Source: Ruminococcus albus 7 = DSM 20455 (GTDB lineage Bacteria > Bacillota > Clostridia > Oscillospirales > Ruminococcaceae). From it: DNA of 32,000 nucleotides. The position numbers and the translations under genes are program-made. The stretch covers positions 120,001 to 152,000 of the forward strand of contig NC_014824.1 in NCBI RefSeq assembly GCF_000179635.2. The letters are read 5' to 3'. Numbering within the stretch: the stretch's first letter is position 1; each line of letters starts with the position of its first letter. Positions 25,302 through 32,000 of this stretch are shown here, piece by piece. The notes beneath the pieces are model-generated. The model had not been told where the DNA came from. It worked only from the letters and a program-made list of their open reading frames with translations, and did not search any database.

Positions 25302-26463
25302 CTTGTGTGCGGATATCGGATTCAAAAGCATAAATCATGTAGGTGAACAGCTGTGCGGAGATCATATCGATATCGTTGAGAATGATGATTCCACAGTTAT
25401 AGTTCTTGCAGATGGTCTTGGCAGCGGGGTGAAGGCTAGCATACTTTCCACCCTGACATCGAAAATAATCTCCACCATGCTTGCGGCGGGGCTTCCCCTT
25501 GAAGACTGCGTTTCGACTATCGCGGGCACACTGCCTATATGTTCGGTGAGGGGAGTTGCATACTCTACTTTCACGATAATCCACATCATAAATAATGAAA
25601 CTGCTGTGCTTATACAGTATGATAATCCTCTGAGCATACTTATACGCAATGAAAAGGTGTACGACTATCCCAAGACGGAGATGAACATTGGCGGCAAGAA
25701 GATATACCGCTCTGAGATAAGGTTACAGGAGAATGATCTTATCATATCCATGAGCGACGGCTGTCCTCATGCAGGTATAGGTATGGCATATAATTTCGGA
25801 TGGAAGCGAGAAGATATCGCGTCTTTTATGGAAATGCTGGCACCTGTGGGGTATACAGCAAAAACTCTATCAACTATACTTGTGGATGAGTGCGACAATC
25901 TATACGGACATGAGCCGGGTGATGATACTACTGCCTGCGTTATCCGTATACGCCGCCGCGTTCCGATGAATATACTATTTGGCCCGCCCTCAAACAAAGA
26001 CGATTGTGACAGGATGATGAGTCTGTTTTTCTCGAAAGAGGGCAAGCATATAATCTGCGGTGGAACGACCTCGACCATAGCTTCCCAGTGGCTGAAAAAA
26101 CCGCTGGTGGCAAGTCTTAGCTTTGAACACAGCGACGTACCACCCATTGCGACTATTGAGGGTGTTGACCTAGTGACTGAGGGTGTTATCACAGTCAACC
26201 GCGTGCTTGAATATGCAAAAGATCATATCGGCGAAAATCTGTTATACGAAAAATGGAGTCACGGCAGAGACGGAGCGTCTCTTATCAGCAGGATGCTTTT
26301 TGAGGAAGCTACCGATATTAATTTCTATGTTGGCAGGGCTATAAATCCTGCGCATCAGAATCCCGATCTGCCGATAAATTTCAACATCAAGATGAACCTT
26401 GTGCAGGAACTCTCAAAGGCTCTGGGCAAGATGGGAAAACGCATCAAGGTCAGCTATTTTTAA
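25294..26463 (+). CDS. PP2C/SpoIIE-family protein phosphatase with an uncharacterised ~170-aa C-terminal domain
   Basis: Overlaps hydS by 8 nt. GEQLCGDHIDIVENDDSTVIVLADGLGSGVKASILS... and ...ISMSDGCPH...DDTTACVIRI are SpoIIE/PP2C-like metal-binding blocks. The C-terminal half has no motif I recognise. Confidence 0.8.
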   Translation: MNNLCADIGFKSINHVGEQLCGDHIDIVENDDSTVIVLADGLGSGVKASILSTLTSKIISTMLAAGLPLEDCVSTIAGTLPICSVRGVAYSTFTIIHIINNETAVLIQYDNPLSILIRNEKVYDYPKTEMNIGGKKIYRSEIRLQENDLIISMSDGCPHAGIGMAYNFGWKREDIASFMEMLAPVGYTAKTLSTILVDECDNLYGHEPGDDTTACVIRIRRRVPMNILFGPPSNKDDCDRMMSLFFSKEGKHIICGGTTSTIASQWLKKPLVASLSFEHSDVPPIATIEGVDLVTEGVITVNRVLEYAKDHIGENLLYEKWSHGRDGASLISRMLFEEATDINFYVGRAINPAHQNPDLPINFNIKMNLVQELSKALGKMGKRIKVSYF

Positions 26464-26479
26464 GGGTGTGAACAGATAA

Positions 26480-27916
26480 ATGAAAAACAAGAGAGTATTT
26501 GATACCAAGGTACAATATCTGAAATATAAGGTCCTGCGAGAGGTCGCAAGAGAGGCGTGGGATGATAAGCTGCTTGAAGATCTTCTGGATATCCCGAAGA
26601 AAATAGTATCAGGCAAGACTCCTACTATGCGCTGCTGTGTTTATAAAGAAAGAGCCATAATCGCCGAGCGTGTAAAGATGGCTATGGGCGGCGATAAGGA
26701 AAATCCCAATGTCATCGAAGTTATTGATATCGCCTGCGACGAATGTCCTGCGGCAGGATATGAGGTCACGGATTCATGCCGCGGCTGTCTTGCCCACCGT
26801 TGCGAGGATGTATGTCCCAGAGGGGCTATCTCCTTTGATCACAACCATGTGGCACATATCGACAAAAGCAAGTGTATAGAATGCGGCAGATGTTCCAAAG
26901 TCTGTCCCTATTCGGCGATAACCAACCGTGTGCGTCCATGTCAGAATGCATGTAAGATCAAGGCGATAAGCATAAATGAAGACAGCGTTGCAGCTATCGA
27001 TAACAAGAAATGTATATCATGCGGTGCCTGCGTATACCAGTGTCCATTCGGAGCTATAACCGATAAATCTTTTATCCTCGATGTTATCGACATGATAAAG
27101 AAAAACAGCCGCGATAAGAAGTCGAAACTTTATGCGGTAGTTGCGCCCTCGATATCCAGCCAGTTCACATACGCGAAGCTGGAACAGGTGGTATCAGGGC
27201 TGAAAAAGCTCGGATTCCATGCGGTAGTAGAAGCTGCACTTGGCGCTGATATGGTAGCATATTCCGAATCAAGAGAACTGGTAGAAAAAGGCTTTCTGAC
27301 CAGTTCCTGCTGTCCTGCGTTTGTGGCATATGTTAAGTCTGCTTTTCCTGAACTTACAGAGCATATATCGCACAATGCATCACCGATGGCTGCGATTGCG
27401 AAATATATTAAGGAGATAGAGCCGTCTGCAAAGGTGGTATTCATAGGTCCGTGTACCGCTAAAAAAGCAGAAGCTCAGCTGAAGGATGTCAGAGCCTATG
27501 TTGATTCAGTGCTGACTTTTGAAGAACTCCAGGCACTTTTTGACAGCCGCGATCTTGACATTACACAGCTTGAAGAAGAAGCACTTGACAATGCTTCCTA
27601 CTTTGGAAGAATTTTTGCACGCAGCGGCGGTCTATCTGATGCGGTCGCAGAGGCGATCAAAGAACAGAGGATAGAGGACTTTGAACTCCTGCCATGTTCC
27701 TGTGATGGAATTGAAGAGTGCCGAGCAGCACTGATGAAGAAAAAACGCGGTGTGCTCAATGAGAATTTCATCGAAGGTATGGCTTGCATCGGCGGCTGTA
27801 TAGGCGGCGCGGGCTGTCTTACTCACGGTGAGAAGAACAAAGCTCAGGTTGATGCTTACGGCAGAGAAGCTCTGGAAAAGACGATCTCTGATGCTATCTC
27901 GGTGCTTAAAATGTGA
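26480..27916 (+). CDS. hydA: Catalytic monomeric [FeFe]-hydrogenase (HydA2-type)
   Basis: 478 aa. Several ferredoxin-type Cys clusters (CIECGRCSKVCP, CISCGACVYQCP and others). Canonical H-cluster motifs TSSCCPAF, GPCTAKKAE, EGMACIGGCIGGAGC. Confidence 0.92.
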   Translation: MKNKRVFDTKVQYLKYKVLREVAREAWDDKLLEDLLDIPKKIVSGKTPTMRCCVYKERAIIAERVKMAMGGDKENPNVIEVIDIACDECPAAGYEVTDSCRGCLAHRCEDVCPRGAISFDHNHVAHIDKSKCIECGRCSKVCPYSAITNRVRPCQNACKIKAISINEDSVAAIDNKKCISCGACVYQCPFGAITDKSFILDVIDMIKKNSRDKKSKLYAVVAPSISSQFTYAKLEQVVSGLKKLGFHAVVEAALGADMVAYSESRELVEKGFLTSSCCPAFVAYVKSAFPELTEHISHNASPMAAIAKYIKEIEPSAKVVFIGPCTAKKAEAQLKDVRAYVDSVLTFEELQALFDSRDLDITQLEEEALDNASYFGRIFARSGGLSDAVAEAIKEQRIEDFELLPCSCDGIEECRAALMKKKRGVLNENFIEGMACIGGCIGGAGCLTHGEKNKAQVDAYGREALEKTISDAISVLKM

Positions 27917-27955
27917 CTTATTGTTTTTGCATAACTGATATATAATGAGAAAAGA

Positions 27956-27990
27956 CATCTCGTTTATACTGAACGGTGATGCCTTTTTTC
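27956..27990 (+). terminator. Rho-independent terminator ending the operon
   Basis: CATCTCGTT (27956-27964) pairs with AACGGTGATG (27972-27981) with one bulge and one G-U pair, followed by CCTTTTTTC. Confidence 0.55.
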
Positions 27991-28124
27991 TTTGTATTAA
28001 TTAGTCTCTCCTCAATTCAAATAAAACCCTCGTAGTATCGACAAAAGCGATAAAACATGGTATAATAGAAGTGCAAGTAAAAAGCCTGAAAACGAGCAAA
28101 AAGCTTGCACTTTGGAGGATGCCA

Positions 28125-28470
28125 TGTATAAGTTCAAGAGAGAAAAGCAGATTTCATTTACCGATTTCTATCAGCCGCTGGGAATGCAAATGAACCCGGA
28201 TAACCGCTGGGTGAATAAAGCAGCAATGATTCCGTAGGAAACGATCGAGGCTGAGTATGCGAAGCTGTTCCCGAGCCATACCGGTATGCCTGCAAAGCCC
28301 CTGCGCATGGCACTCGGTTCGCTGCTGATTCAGAAGCAATATCACTATCCTGATGAGAAACTGGTCGAACAGATCAGAGAAAACCCGTATTATCAGTATT
28401 TCATCGGTCTGCCCGGATATGAAGACAAGATTCCATTTGTGCCGTCTCTGCTTGTTGAATTTCGCAAAGG
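28125..28470 (+). pseudogene. IS1182/IS5-type transposase, N-terminal fragment with an in-frame stop, truncated by repeat R1
   Basis: MYKFKREKQISFTDFYQPLGMQMNPDNRWVNKAAMIP*ETIEAEYAKLFPSHTGMPAKPLRMALGSLLIQKQYHYPDEKLVEQIRENPYYQYFIGLPGYEDKIPFVPSLLVEFRK is the conserved InsH-N-terminal/DUF772-type block. The expected Trp codon reads TAG. The reading frame runs straight into R1 at ~28465-28470 and the DDE domain is absent. Confidence 0.8.
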
Positions 28471-28562
28471 CCCCGGTATATACGTTTTTCATATCACTCA
28501 TAGTAAGTTTATTTCACCTTATGTATCGTCACGACGTTCTCATATTCTGCATTTACGATTAC
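28465..28562. repeat. Repeat R1, copy B
   Basis: See copy A (16871-16968). Confidence 0.9.
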
Positions 28563-28758
28563 TGAATTTATACTATTTTAAGCTTTATTCTAGGTTAGTA
28601 CTTCGGACGAAAATTTAAACTATTTCAAAACGGATCTTAATAGCTTCCCAATAGTACGTAGCATATTCCTTATTATTGAAAATCTGGTCGGGATTACAAT
28701 AGCTGCTCGGCAGTTCCGTTTTATATCCATCCTTATTCGTATAGGTTTCACCATCATC

Positions 28759-28864
28759 TTCTTGATTACATTATACCACCATCTTGGTGACACATCAAGC
28801 ACTTTACCACCATTATAGTGAGTTTTGGATACTTGCACAAAACTAAATCCAGATTTCATGCAAT
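28759..28864. repeat. Repeat R2, copy B (contains the same minus-strand promoter at 28770-28798)
   Basis: See copy A (17348-17453). Confidence 0.9.
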
Positions 28865-29211
28865 ATATATCAAGCAGTGTTTGCATCAGGTAAAGATAAT
28901 TGCTTTGAGTTTCCTAAAAAATAAGAGCCCACCACATTGGCTAATGTGACAGACTCTTGGGTTAAAATGAAACAAATATAGTATACCATAATCACAAAAG
29001 CTTGTCAACCCTTAGAAAATACGTTATCTTTTTTCTCAATATTTTTCTCATAGAATACTCCAAAAGCTTTTCTATATATAATTTTTATCAGCCGCAATAT
29101 TCTGCTATAATTTTAATATAAAAACAAAAACTTCAATCCGATGGATTCCATATATATTATAGCAGATTTATTTAAGAATAAAAAATTATATATACTTAAA
29201 AGTTTTGCTGT

Positions 29212-29237
29212 GATTGTGTCACGCGTGACACAATCAG
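29212..29237. repeat. Perfect 26-bp palindrome
   Basis: TGATTGTGTCACG|CGTGACACAATCA; the two halves were checked as exact reverse complements. Confidence 0.9.
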
Positions 29238-29272
29238 AATTCAATTTTTCTTTTTATGAGGTTTAAGATGCA

Positions 29273-29341
29273 GAAAGACAGCTAATCTTACTCACCTAGC
29301 TGTCTTTCACTTAAGAATTATAGTATCTGACATTCTTAAGT
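29273..29341. other. Two back-to-back hairpins, each with a perfect 11-bp stem
   Basis: AAAGACAGCTA (29273-29283) / TAGCTGTCTTT (29296-29306), immediately followed by CACTTAAGAAT (29307-29317) / ATTCTTAAGTG (29331-29341). Confidence 0.8.
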
Positions 29342-29642
29342 GAGGCTTACAGTTTACAAGACGAAGTATATGATCAGGACTTCCTGTATTTAGTAGTTCT
29401 TACGATATAGTATTACAATGAATATACATACCTCGACCATGCACAACAGAATGTCTAGAAATGCCGCCTAACTCATGACTAAAGTCACGAGCGTGCGGCG
29501 GCAAAATCGTCAAAAATGGCGTATTTACGCCGTTTTGTGAAAAGCTCGATTTTCAATCGGTTCTATGAGGGGGTTCAACAGGTTCAGTGAGGGGTATATA
29601 AAACCTCGATTTTACGCCGTTTTCAAGCATCTTACATAATAG

Positions 29643-29684
29643 AAAAAACCGCCGTTCAGGTTCGTACCCTGACGGCGGTTTTGT
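29643..29684. terminator. Bidirectional intrinsic terminator (serves the ATPase gene on the minus strand)
   Basis: AAAAAA-ACCGCCGTTCAGG ... CCTGACGGCGGT-TTTT. GC-rich ~12-bp stem with one bulge, A-run on one side and T-run on the other. Starts 4 nt beyond the stop of 29688-31043. Confidence 0.75.
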
Positions 29685-29687
29685 GGT

Positions 29688-31043
29688 TTACAGGTCTTTT
29701 TCTTCATCGAATGTTCCGGCTTTCAGAAACTCTCTGAGCAAAAATGTGCAAAAATATGGAAATGTGTAGATATGATCGCTGTAGCCGATATTGCCGTTTA
29801 TCATTTTAACACCAAAGCGTATGTCAGCATATTTTTCCGAACTGATCAGTGTCCGCAGGGACTTTGCTCTGCCGTTCTGTGATTTCACTTCAACAGGAAC
29901 AAGAGAATTGCTTGTTCTCAGAAAGAAATCCTGTTCGAGCGTAGAGTCATCACGCTTGTAATAACACAGCTCACAGCCGCTTTTTACCAGTGCTTCACCA
30001 ACCATATTTTCATAAAGAGCGCCTTTGTAAACGCCTAAATTTTTGTTGGCACGAAGGTCGTCCTGTGCTTCATCATCAAGCATTGCTACAAGCAGTCCGC
30101 TGTCTGAAAAATACAGCTTGAATTTATCAGGATCAATGTTGCCCTTCAGCGGCAGTTCAGGAAAATTCATACAATTACATACATTAACGATCCCTGCGTC
30201 GGTGAGCCATTCAATACAACCTCTGTATGTGTGAAAGCGTGCTCCGGAAGCGACTTTTGAGATTTGGAATTTCTTATTCTCTTTTGCAAGCTGCGGTGCT
30301 ATGCTATTGAAGACATTGATGATCCTGGTCTGGTCTACACCGTCTGCATATTTTCTGATATCTTCTTTATAGTCCTCTATCAGCTGTCTTTGCGTATCGA
30401 GAGAGCCTTCAAAAATACCGCTCTCGATATACTGCTTCACAACGGCTGGCATACCCCCGAGTACACAATAGTCAAGAAACAATGAACGGTACACTGCCAT
30501 TTCCGGCTCGCTGAACGGTCTCAGCTCCAGCATAGCACCGAGCAGATCGTCATGCAGCGAAGCATCATATCCTTTTGCCCACAGGAATTCTTCAAAGTCA
30601 AGCGAGTACATGATATAGTCTTTTTTGTAGCCTACACTGTTGCTTTCTATCCTGCGGTAATTGATGCCCAGCATCGAACCGCTGCATATCACATCAAAGC
30701 GTCCGTCTTGTTTGAAGAATTTCAGACTTGTGGCAATATCGGGAAAGTGCTGTATCTCATCGAAGAAGAGCAACGTTTTTCCGGGGATAAATTTTTTGGT
30801 TGGGTCGATCAGTGAGATGTTTTTGATGATTGCATCGCTTTTATAACCGTCTGCGATTATCATCGTGTATTTCGGTTCTTCTACAAAATTTATCTCTATA
30901 ACGCTTTCGTAGTGTTCTGCTGCAAAGTGGCGGATTGATTCGGTCTTACCTATCTGACGTGAACCTTTAATGATAAGCGGCTTTCTGTCGTTGTCAAGTT
31001 TCCAGTCGCTTAGAAACCGGTCTATTTTTCTTCGCATATACAT
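29688..31043 (-). CDS. AAA+ ATPase with C-terminal DUF4143-type domain (ATP-binding protein of unknown role)
   Basis: Start moved to ATG 31043 (SD AGGAGGTG 7 nt upstream). Walker A GSRQIGKT, Walker B LLFFDEIQ. Overall layout is typical of the AAA_14 + DUF4143 family. Confidence 0.85.
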   Translation of the reverse strand: MYMRRKIDRFLSDWKLDNDRKPLIIKGSRQIGKTESIRHFAAEHYESVIEINFVEEPKYTMIIADGYKSDAIIKNISLIDPTKKFIPGKTLLFFDEIQHFPDIATSLKFFKQDGRFDVICSGSMLGINYRRIESNSVGYKKDYIMYSLDFEEFLWAKGYDASLHDDLLGAMLELRPFSEPEMAVYRSLFLDYCVLGGMPAVVKQYIESGIFEGSLDTQRQLIEDYKEDIRKYADGVDQTRIINVFNSIAPQLAKENKKFQISKVASGARFHTYRGCIEWLTDAGIVNVCNCMNFPELPLKGNIDPDKFKLYFSDSGLLVAMLDDEAQDDLRANKNLGVYKGALYENMVGEALVKSGCELCYYKRDDSTLEQDFFLRTSNSLVPVEVKSQNGRAKSLRTLISSEKYADIRFGVKMINGNIGYSDHIYTFPYFCTFLLREFLKAGTFDEEKDL

Positions 31044-31502
31044 ATTGCTGCACCTCCTGATACTATCATACAATAATCTGAGCCAAAAGTCAAGAGGTTA
31101 TAACATTTTTAGAGTGAATTTATAAATTAACAATACAAAATTCGAGCGAATTATTATGTCTTCGTTACAAAATATCAGTGAAAAGTGTTTCTCCGCCGAT
31201 CAGATCAAATCCGTCTGTGTCCTTAAAATCAAATCCAACGGTGCAGACAAAGCCTATGTTCCTTTTCCTGACGGCATTCTTCAAGCGTCATCGGTCTGTC
31301 GAGGTATTTGCATTCGTTGAGATCATTCTGCTTCACATATAATCAATAAGAAGAAATCCACAATCATATATAACACATATACATAATTATATAATTAATG
31401 CGTAGTGAGAAGCTGTTTTTTATACAACGATTGGAATCATTCTAACAAAACCATCTTCTTTCTCCCTTGCACTCCCCTTCCCACCCCCAAAATTATTCCC
31501 AC

Positions 31503-31537
31503 CAAAAAGAGCCGTGCTGACTGACAACACGGCTCTT
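31503..31537 (-). terminator. Rho-independent terminator (minus strand)
   Basis: AGAGCCGTG (31508-31516) / CACGGCTCT (31528-31536). On the minus strand the stem is followed by TTTTT. Confidence 0.6.
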
Positions 31538-31581
31538 CTGTATATCATATGCTGGAAACAACTATACCTGACTGCACCTTA

Positions 31582-32000
31582 CTACACCTTTGCTTTGCAT
31601 ATACTCATTTCCGATATTGTAACTGACTCTACCTGACTATACTTTTTCTTGCAGAAATCAGGCAGGCTGTCGCTCCACGGCATCAGAGCTTCAAGCTGTT
31701 CCCTTGTCGGAGTATGACCGTACTTCGGCAGCTCTGTCAGCAGATGTAGGAGATACCCTACACATCAAGACCATTTCGCTTAGCTGTCTCGATAATTGTC
31801 ATAACCGCCGCGCTTGCGTGAGCACCCTTCTCGGTACAGCTGAAAAGAAAATTCTTCCTTGATGACCTTGAGCTTACTGCCGCAAACAGCACAGTTACAC
31901 TTGTTTTCGGGCAGCTTCGATACGATCTTCTCTTTGGAAGATCTTCTCTGAGCTTATTTTTGCCGCGGTGTTCACCGGTCTTTTGGGACTTTCTTTTACA
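31582..32000 (-). pseudogene. Decayed IS66-family transposase remnant (frameshifts, an in-frame stop, and a large internal deletion); runs off the window edge
   Basis: Minus-strand pieces in different frames: ...GEHRGKNKLREDLP / KEKIVSKLPENKCNCAVCGSKLKVIKEEFSFQL (zinc-finger region), joined directly to ...EKGAHASAAVMTIIETAKRNGLDV* / YLLHLLTELPKYGHTPTREQLEALMPWSDSLP (the extreme C-terminus of IS66 transposases). The whole DDE core is missing. Confidence 0.75.

Noticed and set aside
670-27958. Long ORFs antisense to, or in alternative frames of, confident genes (e.g. 670-1137, 1378-1665, 5053-5454, 9996-10331, 14985-15224, 19915-20337, 20853-21476, 20896-21603, 22123-22797, 25767-26198, 27130-27444, 27632-27958).
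   Set aside because: Each lies wholly inside a gene with strong family motifs on the other strand or frame. They have odd composition (Ser/Ile/Cys-rich) and no SD/start context.
28154-28501. 115-aa minus-strand ORF.
   Set aside because: Antisense to the clearly recognisable IS1182-type transposase N-terminal fragment.
9142-31073. ORF-track start codons at 9142, 16289, 17846, 19603, 23073 and 31073.
   Set aside because: In each case a downstream ATG has a proper SD at correct spacing (9175, 16250, 17906, 19618, 23118, 31043). The upstream extension either overlaps a promoter or adds residues ahead of the recognisable N-terminus of the family.
31165-31340. Minus-strand protein-like fragments (...VKQNDLNECKYLDRPMTLEECRQEKE / ...NIGFVCTVGFDFKDTDGFDLIGGETLFTDIL*).
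   Set aside because: Two short frames with no start codon and no recognisable family. Probably a decayed gene, but not supportable as a feature.
31474-31500. C-tract run (G-tracts on the minus strand: GGG-N9-GGGGG-T-GGG-AA-GGGG) as a possible G-quadruplex next to a terminator.
   Set aside because: A single occurrence with no supporting context, and one long loop. Not enough to claim function.
1-32000. Looked for CRISPR arrays, tRNA/rRNA/tmRNA genes and riboswitch-like leaders.
   Set aside because: No regularly spaced direct repeats, no cloverleaf-compatible segments and no long conserved-looking leaders were seen. This is a by-eye scan only; tRNAscan/Infernal would be definitive.

Overview
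Mosaic 32-kb segment of a low/medium-GC Firmicute. Gene content looks Ruminococcus albus-like, but this is inference only. No searches were run: every call comes from reading the sequence and the ORF translations, and composition and repeat identities were judged by eye.

Layout:
(i) 1-2684: right part of an IS66-family element (orf1 tail, tnpB, DDE transposase, two small passenger ORFs).
(ii) ~2685-16860: a markedly AT-rich accessory island. It holds two paralogous loci for giant secreted beta-helix-type proteins, each followed by a small membrane protein or lipoprotein (3186-5783 with 2790-3167; 13065-16250 with 12517-13068). It also holds a tyrosine recombinase (7208-8188), a two-gene ABC-type ATPase + TOPRIM module that looks like an anti-phage system (9175-11266), small orphan ORFs, and a truncated serine-recombinase scar (11924-12298).
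(iii) 16871-17453 and 28465-28864: two copies of a bipartite repeat, which bracket item (iv).
(iv) A LysR regulator followed by a ~9-kb operon rex-adhE-kinase-2x[2Fe-2S]-hydS-PP2C-hydA, i.e. the putative H2-sensing [FeFe]-hydrogenase/ethanol cluster.
(v) IS1182- and IS66-family transposase wrecks, a structured AT-rich spacer, and an AAA+/DUF4143 ATPase (29688-31043).

No rRNA, tRNA or CRISPR array was seen.
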